A stretch of DNA of 64,000 nucleotides from an uncultured Pelagibacteraceae bacterium (GTDB lineage Bacteria; Pseudomonadota; Alphaproteobacteria; Pelagibacterales; Pelagibacteraceae): contig CACHOG010000002.1 in the NCBI GenBank assembly GCA_902581445.1, positions 26,187-90,186 of the forward strand, written 5' to 3'. Both the position numbers and the translations under genes were made by a program. Positions 21,572 through 31,887 of the stretch are shown one piece after another. Positions within the stretch are counted from its first letter, which is position 1; every line of letters starts with the position of its first letter. The notes beneath the pieces are model-generated. The model did no database searches, had not been told where the DNA came from, and saw only the letters and a list, made by a program, of their open reading frames with translations.

Positions 21572-22468
21572 ATGAGTAGAATTAATTATTTTCATTCTTT
21601 AATTTTTTTTAACATTTGTATTATATTGTCATCATTTGATTTTTTACGTAATAACGATTTTTTAATTATATCCTTATTTTTAATACTTAGTTTAGGAATA
21701 TCCCACGGAGCATTAGATCATTTAAAAGGAATTAAGTTATTGAAGATTTTAAAATATGACACAATTTATATGTTTTATTTTTTTTATATTTTATTAGCTT
21801 TGATTGTAATTTTTGCTTGGATAATTTTCCCTAAATTTTTATTATTACTTTTTTTAATTGTTGCATCTTATCATTTTGGCAAAGAAGACTCGGAATTTAT
21901 AAAGTTAAATTCTAAAATCGATATAATTTATTTTTTTAAAGGGAGTTTAGTCATTACTGCTCCATTATTGTTTCATAAAACTGAAACTTTAAAGATTTTT
22001 ATGGATTTAAATTTTAATGTTTATGAAAGTCTTTTTGTATCTAATGAATTTATTTATTTTTTAATTAGTTTAAGTTTTATATCAAATATAATTATTTCAC
22101 TTAATAAGGATATTAACATTAAGACTCTACTTTTGATGGACTTCATATCTGTATTATTAATAAATTTTCTTCTACAACCAATTTTAGCTTTTACAATTTA
22201 CTTTTGTTTTTTACACTCAATTAGACATTCATTTAAATTATCGCATGAGTTAAATAATAAAGATTTTATTAAAGGTATTAAAAAATTTATAATTAAAGCA
22301 GTTCCATTAACTATTTTGACTGCTATTTTATTCTTGGTATCACTATTTTTGTTGAATAATTATTATATTTTAAATGCCGCGGTATCAAAAGTTATATTTA
22401 TTGGTTTGGCGTCTTTAACCTTTCCGCATATATTGCTCGAATATTTAGTCGAAAAAAATGAAAAATAA
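21572..22468 (+). CDS. blh: Beta-carotene 15,15'-dioxygenase (Brp/Blh)
   Basis: GISHGALD, YHFG..D, HSIRH, LTFPH. Confidence 0.94.
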   Translation: MSRINYFHSLIFFNICIILSSFDFLRNNDFLIISLFLILSLGISHGALDHLKGIKLLKILKYDTIYMFYFFYILLALIVIFAWIIFPKFLLLLFLIVASYHFGKEDSEFIKLNSKIDIIYFFKGSLVITAPLLFHKTETLKIFMDLNFNVYESLFVSNEFIYFLISLSFISNIIISLNKDINIKTLLLMDFISVLLINFLLQPILAFTIYFCFLHSIRHSFKLSHELNNKDFIKGIKKFIIKAVPLTILTAILFLVSLFLLNNYYILNAAVSKVIFIGLASLTFPHILLEYLVEKNEK

Positions 22469-22631
22469 AAATATAAACTTGTTGGGATGGATATTGTTTA
22501 TAATATCAGCGATTGGCTTTACTATATCAAGTATTGGCAGTTTTTGGGCAATGTTTGGTAGTCTATTTTTTTTAGTAGCATGCCTTATATTTCTAATTCC
22601 ATTTTTTAGAAAAGATAGCTATGAAGAGTAA
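22458..22631 (+). CDS. Small two-TM membrane protein (57 aa), absent from the ORF track
   Basis: MKNKNINLLGWILFIISAIGFTISSIGSFWAMFGSLFFLVACLIFLIPFFRKDSYEE; overlaps the blh stop and the ispH start. Confidence 0.7.
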   Translation: MKNKNINLLGWILFIISAIGFTISSIGSFWAMFGSLFFLVACLIFLIPFFRKDSYEE

Positions 22632-23565
22632 CAATTTAAAAATTTACTTGGCATCTCCAAGAGGTTTCTGCGCAGGTGTTGATAGAGCAATTGAAATTGT
22701 AAAAAAAAGTATTTTAAAATATGGTGCCCCAGTATACGTAAGACATGAAATTGTTCATAATAAACATGTTGTTGAAAGTTTAAAAAAAATTGGAGCTATA
22801 TTTGTTGAAGAATTGGATGAGATCAAAGACAAATCTAGACCAGTAATATTTTCTGCGCACGGAGTTCCAAAAAAAATTCCTAATCAGGCAAAAGAATTAC
22901 ATATGGAATATATTGATGCAACATGTCCACTGGTTACTAAAGTGCACAGGGAAGCTGAAAATTTATATAAAAATGGATTACATGTTCTTTTGATCGGACA
23001 TAAAAATCATCCTGAAGTAGTAGGAACTATGGGTCAAATTCCAACTGATGGTATAGATCTTATTCAAAGTTTAGATGATGTAAATAAGTATTATAAAAAA
23101 AATGATAAAAAATTAGCATTTATCACTCAGACAACCTTATCCGTTGACGACACTAGGGATATAGTTGATGGATTGAAGAAAAAATTTCCAGAGATAAAAG
23201 AGCCAAAGAAAGAAGATATCTGTTATGCGACTACAAATAGACAAGCTGCAGTTAAAAAAATCGCAAATAAATGTGACATGTTTTTTGTCATCGGAAGTAG
23301 AAATTCATCAAATTCTTTAAGACTGGTTGAGGTTGCTAAAAATTCAGGATGCGAAAATTCAATTCTTCTTCATTCAGAGAGTAAAGTGCCATTTGATAAG
23401 ATTGATAATTGCAAAAGTATAGGTATTTCTTCAGGCGCATCTGCTCCAGAGGTATTAGTGGAACAGTTTTTAAATGAAATAAAAAAAAAATATAATACTT
23501 CTATCGAAGAAGTTGAAATTGTTAAGGAAGATGTAACTTTTAAAATTCCCGGAAAATTGAATTAA
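22621..23565 (+). CDS. ispH: 4-hydroxy-3-methylbut-2-enyl diphosphate reductase
   Basis: PRGFCAGV, DATCPLV, ICYATTNRQ, SSNS. Confidence 0.97.
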   Translation: MKSNNLKIYLASPRGFCAGVDRAIEIVKKSILKYGAPVYVRHEIVHNKHVVESLKKIGAIFVEELDEIKDKSRPVIFSAHGVPKKIPNQAKELHMEYIDATCPLVTKVHREAENLYKNGLHVLLIGHKNHPEVVGTMGQIPTDGIDLIQSLDDVNKYYKKNDKKLAFITQTTLSVDDTRDIVDGLKKKFPEIKEPKKEDICYATTNRQAAVKKIANKCDMFFVIGSRNSSNSLRLVEVAKNSGCENSILLHSESKVPFDKIDNCKSIGISSGASAPEVLVEQFLNEIKKKYNTSIEEVEIVKEDVTFKIPGKLN

Positions 23566-24533
23566 TGGCGGTTTTTACAAAAATAAATTCTAAAGATGTA
23601 AAAAAAATAGAAAATATTTTTAATCTTGGCTCAATTAATAAAATAAAAGGTATTAAAAAAGGAATAGAAAACACTAACTATATAGTCAAGTTTCAAAGCA
23701 CAAAGTTTGTTTTAACAATTTTTGAAAAACGAGTAAAAACTACAGATCTCCCATTTTTTATGAAACTTATGTCGGGACTTTCAAACTTAAACATTAATTG
23801 CCCAAGGCCCATGAGAACAAAAAAAAATAGTTATCTTTTCAATATTAAGAAAAAAAAAGCTTGTCTTGTGAGTTTTTTGCAGGGTAACGATAAAAAAACT
23901 TTAACACCAAAGGATTGTTACATTTTGGGAAAAAATATAGCAATCTTGCATCGAGCTACAAAGAAATTAAACTTGTATAGAAAAAATTCATTAGATGTAA
24001 AATCATGGTCTAAGTTAAATAAAAAGATTGATAAAAGAATAAACAAGCTATCAAAAAACTTCAAAAATATAATAGAGGAAAATATTTCTAATATTGAAAA
24101 AAATTGGCCAAAACAGTTACCTAAAGGTATTATTCACGCTGATCTTTTCATAGATAATATATTCTTTTTAAGAAAAAAATTTTATGGTTTTATAGATTTT
24201 TATTTTTCTTCAACAGATTTTTATGCATATGAACTAGCTACTTGTATTAATTCTATATGTTTTAAAAAAAAGAGGGATCAATATTTTCTTGACCTTAATA
24301 AATCATCTAATCTTTTAAAAGGATATCAAAAAATAAGAAAATTAAATTCTTCTGAAAAGAATAATTTTAATATTCTTTGTAAGGGTTCAGCACTTAGGTA
24401 TTTGTTAACAAGATCATATGATTTTCTTAACACACCGAAAACAGCATTAATAAAAGTAAAAGACCCAAAAGAATATTTAAAAAAACTTATTTTTCATAAT
24501 AATTTGAGCGAATTTAAAAATTATACAAAATGA
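23565..24533 (+). CDS. thrB: Homoserine kinase type II
   Basis: MAVFT, GIENTNY, IIHADLF.DN, IDFYF. Confidence 0.92.
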   Translation: MAVFTKINSKDVKKIENIFNLGSINKIKGIKKGIENTNYIVKFQSTKFVLTIFEKRVKTTDLPFFMKLMSGLSNLNINCPRPMRTKKNSYLFNIKKKKACLVSFLQGNDKKTLTPKDCYILGKNIAILHRATKKLNLYRKNSLDVKSWSKLNKKIDKRINKLSKNFKNIIEENISNIEKNWPKQLPKGIIHADLFIDNIFFLRKKFYGFIDFYFSSTDFYAYELATCINSICFKKKRDQYFLDLNKSSNLLKGYQKIRKLNSSEKNNFNILCKGSALRYLLTRSYDFLNTPKTALIKVKDPKEYLKKLIFHNNLSEFKNYTK

Positions 24534-24955
24534 TAAAAATTTATACAGACGGTTCGTGTTTAGAAAATCCAGGCAATGGGGGTTGGGCTGCCATAATTAT
24601 TATCAACAAAGAAAAAAAAATTATTTCTGGAAATCAGAAAAATACAACTAATAATAGGATGGAGCTATTAGCACCTATTGAGGCTTTAAAAACTCTTCAA
24701 ATTAATTCAGAGATAGAAATAATCACAGACTCAAAATATGTTAAATTGGGAATAACTGAATGGATAAATAATTGGAAAAAAAATGGTTGGAAAACTGCAA
24801 ACAAGAAAGAAGTCAAAAATATAGAACTGTGGAAGGAATTAGATAGTTTAGTTGAGAATTTTAAAATTAAATGGTCCTGGGTCAAGGGTCACTCAACAGA
24901 TCAATATAATAATGAAGTCGATTTAATAGCAAAAAAAGCAGCAAACTTAAATTAA
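24530..24955 (+). CDS. rnhA: Ribonuclease HI
   Basis: YTDGS, TTNNRMEL, TDSKY, WVKGHS. Confidence 0.96.
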   Translation: MIKIYTDGSCLENPGNGGWAAIIIINKEKKIISGNQKNTTNNRMELLAPIEALKTLQINSEIEIITDSKYVKLGITEWINNWKKNGWKTANKKEVKNIELWKELDSLVENFKIKWSWVKGHSTDQYNNEVDLIAKKAANLN

Positions 24956-25432
24956 ATTTAGAAAATTTTCTGCTGCCGAAATTTCACACATTCCTGTTTC
25001 TTTTTCTTCTTGGATTTGTAAAATTTTATTATCTTCAATCAACATAGTATATCTATTTGATCGAATTCCAAGACCTCTGCTAGATTTATCAACTTCAGCT
25101 CCTATAGATTTTGTAAAAGTTAAGAAAGGATCCCCCAACATTAAGATATTTTCATGAACATTTTGTTTTTTTCCCCACGCATTCATCACAAAAGGATCAT
25201 TTACAGCAATACAAGCTATTAAATCAATTCCCTTTGATTTAAATCGGTCAATATTATTTAAATATCCTGGAAGATGCTTTGATGAGCAGACAGATGTGAA
25301 AGCCCCAGGCATTCCGAGTAATATAGTTTTTTTTTCTTTGAACATTTTTTTAATTCTAATTTTCTCTGGCTCATTGTTTATAAGTTGAAAAACTTCAATA
25401 TCAGGAATGTTGTCATTAATCTTTAAATTCAT
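24947..25432 (-). CDS. Peroxiredoxin (Prx5 family)
   Basis: PGAFTSVCS..HLPGY, VNDPFVM.AW. Confidence 0.92.
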   Translation of the reverse strand: MNLKINDNIPDIEVFQLINNEPEKIRIKKMFKEKKTILLGMPGAFTSVCSSKHLPGYLNNIDRFKSKGIDLIACIAVNDPFVMNAWGKKQNVHENILMLGDPFLTFTKSIGAEVDKSSRGLGIRSNRYTMLIEDNKILQIQEEKETGMCEISAAENFLNLI

Positions 25433-26802
25433 GCACAATTTTTTTTTATATAGGATTTCAAATTCTCTATATTTTTTTGAAATACTACATATTGTTCTTG
25501 TTGATTTAATAAACTCTTTAAATGGCTAGGTAATTCCTCTTTTTTACCAATTGCTTTTAAAATAGCATCAGGAAATTTACTTGGGTGTGCAGTTGCCAAA
25601 ACAACATAATTTTTCCCGTTATGCTTTTTAACTGCCCCAGCTCCTATAGCAGTATGAGGATCAATTATAATACCATTATTTTCATAAATACTCTTAATTG
25701 TATCTAAGATTTCTTTTTCATTAAGACTCTCAGAAATAAAATCGTTTTGTATTTTTTTTAATGAACCTTGATCTAAATTGAATTTATTACTTTTAATATT
25801 GTTCATTATTTCCACAACTTTTTTTGAGTCCTCGTTATAAATGTCAAATAATAATCTCTCAAAATTACTTGCAACCTGAATATCCATACTTGGAGAAATT
25901 GTCTCTTGAACCTTATTTGCTTTATAATCACCTCTTGATATTGCTCTGTGAAGAATGTCATTTTCATTTGTTGCTACTAACAACTTATCTATGGGAAGGC
26001 CCATTTTCTTAGCCAGATATCCAGCATAAACATCTCCAAAATTTCCAGTAGGAACAGAAAATGAAATTTTTTCTTGTGTATCTAATTTAAAATAGCAAAA
26101 AAAATAATAGACTGTTTGAGCAACTATTCTGGCCCAATTAATTGAATTTACACCTGACATGTTAATAGATTTAGAAAACTCATTGTCAGAAAACATTTCT
26201 TTAACAATTTTTTGACAGTCGTCAAAGTTTCCTTCAACAGCGATATTAAATACATTTTTTGTTGGATTTGTAGTCATTAACATTCTCTGGACTGGTGATA
26301 TACGATTATTTGGATGTAAAACAAAAATATTTATGTTTTTTTTTCCTTTGACTGCATCTATCGCAGCCGCTCCTGTGTCGCCTGAAGTTGCAACAATAAT
26401 ATTTATTTTTTTAGTATTCTTACTTAAGTAATATTCATAAAAATTTCCGATAAGTTGCATTGCTACATCTTTGAAAGCTAGCGTAGGACCGTGAAAAAGT
26501 TCTAGTACATGTAAATCCTCTACTTTTTTAATTTTAACTACATTGTGCTCATTAAATGTAGAATACGATTTTTTAATAATTTGGTGTAGTTTTTCATTAG
26601 AGCAAAAATCACCGATGAATCTAGAAATGATTTCTGTAGCTAAATCAACATATGATAAATTTTTAAGGTTTAAAAATTCTTTATCAGATAATTTTTCAAT
26701 TTGTTTCGGCAAAAATAACCCGCCATCATCAGAGAGTCCTTTAATAAATATATGCTCAAATTTCTCACTAATCTTATCATTTCTAGTACTTAAATATTCC
26801 AT
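25429..26802 (-). CDS. thrC: Threonine synthase
   Basis: ELFHGPTLAFKD, ATSGDTG, VPTGNFG, ATAHPSKF. Confidence 0.97.
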   Translation of the reverse strand: MEYLSTRNDKISEKFEHIFIKGLSDDGGLFLPKQIEKLSDKEFLNLKNLSYVDLATEIISRFIGDFCSNEKLHQIIKKSYSTFNEHNVVKIKKVEDLHVLELFHGPTLAFKDVAMQLIGNFYEYYLSKNTKKINIIVATSGDTGAAAIDAVKGKKNINIFVLHPNNRISPVQRMLMTTNPTKNVFNIAVEGNFDDCQKIVKEMFSDNEFSKSINMSGVNSINWARIVAQTVYYFFCYFKLDTQEKISFSVPTGNFGDVYAGYLAKKMGLPIDKLLVATNENDILHRAISRGDYKANKVQETISPSMDIQVASNFERLLFDIYNEDSKKVVEIMNNIKSNKFNLDQGSLKKIQNDFISESLNEKEILDTIKSIYENNGIIIDPHTAIGAGAVKKHNGKNYVVLATAHPSKFPDAILKAIGKKEELPSHLKSLLNQQEQYVVFQKNIENLKSYIKKNCA

Positions 26803-26859
26803 GATTTTTTTATATCAGATAAATCTGATTTTCCTATTATATTAAGTGTAGTTTTTTAA

Positions 26860-27771
26860 TTAGATTAATTTATCTATCAAAAATAAAACAAATATTAAAA
26901 ATAAATAAAATATTGAATAAGAGAAAACTTTTTTTGCCTTTTTTACCTCAAATTTATTCTTTTTAAATTTAAGAAGATCATAACAAATGTAATTATAATA
27001 AATTGTTAAAACTAATGATGCTATCAAAAATAATTTTCCACTAAAGCCAATATAATAAGGTAAAATTATTACCGGAAGCATAAAAAGTGAATAAATAAAG
27101 ATTTTCTTTTTAGTTTCCTCTACTCCATTAGTATTTGGGAGCATTGGGATTTTTGCCTTTTCGTAATCTTTTGCTTTATACAAGCTTAATGCCCAAAAGT
27201 GCGACGGCGTCCAATAAAATATAATTAAAAATAATGTAATTGGTTCAAATGTTAGTGAATTTGTTGCAATTGTCCAACCTATTACAGGTGGTAAGGCGCC
27301 AGAAGCTCCACCAATTACAATATTTTGCGGAGTTTTTCTTTTTAACCAAACAGTGTAGACAAAAACGTAAAAAACTATCGTTAAAAGCAATAAAGATGCA
27401 GATATTAAATTTGAAAAATAATACAAACCAAAAACTGAAATAAATGATAGTGCAACACCAAACAATAATGCATCCTTTTTTTCAATTTTACCTGTTGGAA
27501 TTGGTCTTAAACATGTTCTAGACATTAATTTATCGAGATCTGCCTCATACCACATATTTAATGTACCCGCTGCGCCAGCTCCAACAGCAACGAAAAAAAT
27601 ACTTATCATAGCGTCAAATAATTCTACCTTAACCGGTGATACCAATAATCCAACTGCGCAAGTGAATATAACCAAAGACATTACCCTTGGCTTCATTAAT
27701 AAAATTAGAGATTTTAAATAAGATGAAAAGTTAATTGAAACAGATTTTTTTTTTAAAATATTTGTACTCAC
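26860..27771 (-). CDS. cyoE: Protoheme IX farnesyltransferase (heme o synthase)
   Basis: KPRVMSLV, RT..RPIP.G, QNIVIGG, WTPSHFWAL. Confidence 0.96.
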   Translation of the reverse strand: MSTNILKKKSVSINFSSYLKSLILLMKPRVMSLVIFTCAVGLLVSPVKVELFDAMISIFFVAVGAGAAGTLNMWYEADLDKLMSRTCLRPIPTGKIEKKDALLFGVALSFISVFGLYYFSNLISASLLLLTIVFYVFVYTVWLKRKTPQNIVIGGASGALPPVIGWTIATNSLTFEPITLFLIIFYWTPSHFWALSLYKAKDYEKAKIPMLPNTNGVEETKKKIFIYSLFMLPVIILPYYIGFSGKLFLIASLVLTIYYNYICYDLLKFKKNKFEVKKAKKVFSYSIFYLFLIFVLFLIDKLI

Positions 27772-27773
27772 TT

Positions 27774-28061
27774 TTAGTCGACATTAAGTGATACAAAAAT
27801 TACTATTAAAATAAGACCAATAATAAGGATGTGGTTTCCTAAATCAAAAATTCCAACTTTATTATTTTTTTTATCTATTATTTTTCTGTGCAATGGAAGC
27901 TGATCATACGGGTTAAGTTTAATATTTGGTCCCTCTTCTTTCTTGTTTTCGACTTTTACAGAATATCCAAACCATGTGATGTATATAAAAAAACCAAAAA
28001 ATATTAATAATCCCGCTAAGATTGTATAACCATCCATATAATTACGCACCTCCTCCAACAA
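27774..28061 (-). CDS. Hypothetical two-TM membrane protein in the oxidase operon
   Basis: 95-aa ORF with two hydrophobic segments, tightly coupled to its neighbours. Confidence 0.6.
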   Translation of the reverse strand: MLEEVRNYMDGYTILAGLLIFFGFFIYITWFGYSVKVENKKEEGPNIKLNPYDQLPLHRKIIDKKNNKVGIFDLGNHILIIGLILIVIFVSLNVD

Positions 28062-28401
28062 AGAAATAAAACATTCTTGAAAATAAAGTATATTGAAATT
28101 CCGCAGCCATTAAAAATACAAAACAAGCTATTGCGGTCATCGGCCATAACAATACGTTAACTAACGCATATCTTTCCCAAAATAGATGCATAAAGAATGC
28201 CATTATTAGTCCGGCTTTTGCAAACATAAAAAATAAAATCAAAGACCATCTCAACATTCCTTGAAACTGATACCAGTCAACCATATAAGAGAAAAAACTT
28301 AATACAAAAAGTAGGCCCCAGATCCATAAATAAATACCTATTTTATGCGTTGATTCTACTGGTTTCTTATCTTTTTCGTTTATTTGATTTGTATCATCCA
28401 T
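28042..28401 (-). CDS. Cytochrome c oxidase subunit IV family (CoxQ-like)
   Basis: Three TM helices, KAGLIMAFFMHL.WE. Confidence 0.88.
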   Translation of the reverse strand: MDDTNQINEKDKKPVESTHKIGIYLWIWGLLFVLSFFSYMVDWYQFQGMLRWSLILFFMFAKAGLIMAFFMHLFWERYALVNVLLWPMTAIACFVFLMAAEFQYTLFSRMFYFFVGGGA

Positions 28402-28412
28402 ATAAAATTATT

Positions 28413-29126
28413 TTACCATAAGTAGAAAAATGCAAAAATAAAAACCCACACTAAATCAACAAAGTGCCAATATAAACCTAGAATTTCTATTTCAACATAA
28501 TCCCCTTTCATGGTTGTAAACCAACCTCTTTTACCACCATTCTCGTAATGACCTGCAAATACCTTGTATGCATATATAAACAAGAAAATTACACCAATTG
28601 ATACGTGGGTGCCGTGAAAACCAGTTATCATAAAAAAGAAAGAACCAAACTGTGCAGCTCCAAATGGATTTTCCCAAGGTCTTACACCTTCATGAATAAG
28701 TTTTGACCATTCATATGCTTGCATACCTACAAATGTCAGTCCACCAATAGCAGTTGCAAGAACAAGCCAGCCACACATTTTTCTGTTTTTCTCGTATCCA
28801 TACTTAACTGCTAGAGCCATTGTCCCACTACTTGTAATTAAAACGAACGTCATAAGTGCGATCAGTAATAAAGGAACTGGCACACCAAATGCTTCTAATG
28901 CAAATACTTCACTTGGATTTGGCCATTCGACTGGAGTTGAACCTCTTCCTTTCATATATGCAATTAAAAAACAACTAAATACAAATGTATCGCTCAGAAG
29001 GAATATCCACATCATTGCTTTACCCCAATGAACACCTTTGAACATTGTCTGGTCTGATCCAGTATCAGATGCCATACCTCTAAAACCTGGTTTTAATTCA
29101 AAGCCATCTATTTTAGGATCTGACAT
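28413..29126 (-). CDS. coxC: Heme-copper oxidase subunit III (CoxP-like)
   Basis: WGKAMMWIFLLSD, TGFHGTHV, GLYWHFVDLVW. Confidence 0.92.
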   Translation of the reverse strand: MSDPKIDGFELKPGFRGMASDTGSDQTMFKGVHWGKAMMWIFLLSDTFVFSCFLIAYMKGRGSTPVEWPNPSEVFALEAFGVPVPLLLIALMTFVLITSSGTMALAVKYGYEKNRKMCGWLVLATAIGGLTFVGMQAYEWSKLIHEGVRPWENPFGAAQFGSFFFMITGFHGTHVSIGVIFLFIYAYKVFAGHYENGGKRGWFTTMKGDYVEIEILGLYWHFVDLVWVFIFAFFYLW

Positions 29127-29141
29127 TTTATTAATCTTTGA

Positions 29142-30977
29142 TTATGTTTTCTCCACTTTAGTATGAACCACTTCACTTGGAGGAGTAGTTTGAGGTATAA
29201 AATCATCTTTAGCCCCAGGCACACTGAAATCATACGGCCATCTGTGAACCACAGGCAATCTTTCACCAAAATTTCCATGTTCAGGTGGCTGTGTTGAAGT
29301 GTGCCACTCTAAAGAATTTGCTTTCCATGGATTTTTAGGAGCTGGTTTTCCAGTCTTTAAAGTTTTAATTATATTGAAGATCAAAATAAATTGTGCTGCA
29401 CCTACTAAGAAAGCAGCTAAACTAATAAATTCATTCATTCCTACAGCTGAAGTCATATACGGACTGTCATACATTTCATAATACCTTCTTGGAACCCCTA
29501 TAAATCCTAGATAATGCATTGGGAAGTATATCGAATAAGCGCCTAAGAATGTTGCCCAAAAGTGCCATTTACCTAAAGTCTCATTTAATAATCTTCCAGT
29601 TATTAAAGGAAACCAATGATATACCGCTCCCATGATAACCATAACCGGGGCTATACCCATTACCATATGGAAATGAGCTACAACGAAATAAGTGTCTGAT
29701 AATGGAACATCAACGGAAACATTTCCTAAAAATATACCAGTTATACCTCCATTAACAAATGTTACTATAAATCCTAAACACCAAAGCATTACTGTATTAA
29801 TTCTTATGTTTCCTCTCCACAATGTCAAAATCCAGTTATAAACTTTCATAGCGGTCGGTACTGCTATTATAAGTGTTGTGGTAGCAAAAAAGAAACCAAA
29901 CCATGGGTTCATCCCGCTTACATACATATGATGCGCCCAAACGAAAAAGCTTAAAGCACCAATTCCAACAATTGCCCAAACCATCATTCTATATCCAAAA
30001 ATATTTTTTCTTGCATGAACTGAAATTAAATCTGAAACGATACCAAAGGCAGGCAATGCCACAATATAAACTTCTGGGTGACCAAAAAACCAAAATAAAT
30101 GTTGAAATAAAATTGGACTTCCTCCACCATATTCCAAAACTTCACCAGCTTTTAAAATTGTAGGCATAAAGAAACTTGTTCCAATAACTTTATCCAGTGT
30201 CATCATTATTGCACTTACTAGTAAAGCTGGGAATGCTAACATCGCTAAAACAGTTGCTGTAAAAATTCCCCATACAGTTAGAGGCATTCTCATTAAAGTC
30301 ATACCTCTTGTTCTAGCTTGTAAGACAGTGATCATGTAATTTAGTCCACCCATAGTGAAACCAATTACAAAAAGAGCCAAAGAGATCAACATTAGCAAAA
30401 TACCCATTCCTGAACCTGGTGTACCCTCTAAAATAGTTTGTGGAGGATATAGTGTCCAGCCTGCTCCAGTTGGACCTCCTGGTACAAAGAAGCTTGCCAT
30501 TAAAATTGCTACTGCAACAAAGAACATCCAAAAACTTAACATGTTAACATATGGAAAAACCATATCTCTTGCACCAACCATTAGTGGTATTAAATAATTT
30601 CCAAAACCTCCTAAAAATAAGGCAGTTAAAAAATAAACTACCATTATCATTCCATGCATTGTTACAAACTGATAATAGTGTTCGGCAGTTATAAATCCTG
30701 CTAGCCCTGGAAAACCTAATTGTAATCTCATTAACCAAGATAAAATTAAACCCACAATTCCAGTAAAAACAGCAGTTAAAAAATATTGTACTCCAATTAC
30801 TTTTGCATCCTGACAAAAAACCCATTTGGTTAAAAAAGTATGACCGTGGTATAAATCTTGTTCTGGTAACTCAGCCGGTCTTACATAGTCCATATCTGGA
30901 GTTGAACCCGCAGAACCTGTAAGTGCTTCTGATGATTGTGCTTGATAACCAGATTTATTTTCGTATTCGTCAGACAT
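29142..30977 (-). CDS. coxA: Cytochrome c oxidase subunit I (CoxN-like, type A1)
   Basis: TMHG, WFFGHPEVY, WAHHM, AHFH, PRRY. Confidence 0.96.
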   Translation of the reverse strand: MSDEYENKSGYQAQSSEALTGSAGSTPDMDYVRPAELPEQDLYHGHTFLTKWVFCQDAKVIGVQYFLTAVFTGIVGLILSWLMRLQLGFPGLAGFITAEHYYQFVTMHGMIMVVYFLTALFLGGFGNYLIPLMVGARDMVFPYVNMLSFWMFFVAVAILMASFFVPGGPTGAGWTLYPPQTILEGTPGSGMGILLMLISLALFVIGFTMGGLNYMITVLQARTRGMTLMRMPLTVWGIFTATVLAMLAFPALLVSAIMMTLDKVIGTSFFMPTILKAGEVLEYGGGSPILFQHLFWFFGHPEVYIVALPAFGIVSDLISVHARKNIFGYRMMVWAIVGIGALSFFVWAHHMYVSGMNPWFGFFFATTTLIIAVPTAMKVYNWILTLWRGNIRINTVMLWCLGFIVTFVNGGITGIFLGNVSVDVPLSDTYFVVAHFHMVMGIAPVMVIMGAVYHWFPLITGRLLNETLGKWHFWATFLGAYSIYFPMHYLGFIGVPRRYYEMYDSPYMTSAVGMNEFISLAAFLVGAAQFILIFNIIKTLKTGKPAPKNPWKANSLEWHTSTQPPEHGNFGERLPVVHRWPYDFSVPGAKDDFIPQTTPPSEVVHTKVEKT

Positions 30978-30979
30978 AA

Positions 30980-31852
30980 TTATTTTTCCTCTTTATATAT
31001 AACTTTTTCAATATTTGAATTATTTTTTGCGACCTTTTTTGTCTCAATTTCCTTGTTTTGCTTAGCTAAAAGGTCTGAGAAGGTTTCTTGTTCTCCCAAC
31101 CATTCTTGGTAACTATTAGGATCTTGCACCTCTACCCCACCTCTCATTGCATAATGACCGACGCCGCAATATTCAGCACATAAAACTTCATATTCACCCA
31201 CTTTGTTAGGCTCAAACCAATAATATGTTACAACTCCAGGCACAGCATCCATCTTTGCTCTAAATTGAGGCACGTACCAATTATGAAGCACATCTACAGA
31301 TCTTAATAAAATTTTTACTGGTCTATTATTTTCTAAATTAATTATATCACTTTGCACCATTACATCGTCTCTCCCGTAAGGATCGTCTAGGTTGATACCA
31401 AATGGGTTATCGTCATTTATATTTACAACTTTTGTAGTGCCGAGTTTTCCATCATTGCCAGGCAGTCTATATTGCCAGCCCCATTGCCATGCCATGACAT
31501 CTATCTCAATTGAGTTTTTTGGAACGTTTACATATTGGTTCCAAATTATTAATCCTGGAGCGAGTAATGCTGCAACTCCAAGTGTAGTAGCTACTGTTAA
31601 AATTTTTTCTAATTTTTTATCTTCAGGTTTATACTCTGCTTTTCTATCTTCTTTATAAGAATACTTAAAAACGCAATAAATCATGAAAAGACAAACAGCT
31701 ACAAATACTCCTCCACCTACCCAAAAGGTGAGAGTTATAGTATCATCCATTCCTTTCCAGTTTGATGCAATATCAGTCCAATACCAAGGTGTAAAAATAT
31801 GGAAAAGTATTGAACCTAAAATGACTAAAAAAAATATTATACCTGCGTGCAT
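30980..31852 (-). CDS. coxB: Cytochrome c oxidase subunit II (CoxM-like, CuA)
   Basis: DVLH, CAEYCGVGHYAM CuA motif, WQWGW. Confidence 0.95.
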   Translation of the reverse strand: MHAGIIFFLVILGSILFHIFTPWYWTDIASNWKGMDDTITLTFWVGGGVFVAVCLFMIYCVFKYSYKEDRKAEYKPEDKKLEKILTVATTLGVAALLAPGLIIWNQYVNVPKNSIEIDVMAWQWGWQYRLPGNDGKLGTTKVVNINDDNPFGINLDDPYGRDDVMVQSDIINLENNRPVKILLRSVDVLHNWYVPQFRAKMDAVPGVVTYYWFEPNKVGEYEVLCAEYCGVGHYAMRGGVEVQDPNSYQEWLGEQETFSDLLAKQNKEIETKKVAKNNSNIEKVIYKEEK

Positions 31853-31887
31853 GGCTATTTATATAGATTATTAATAGTATAAATACC

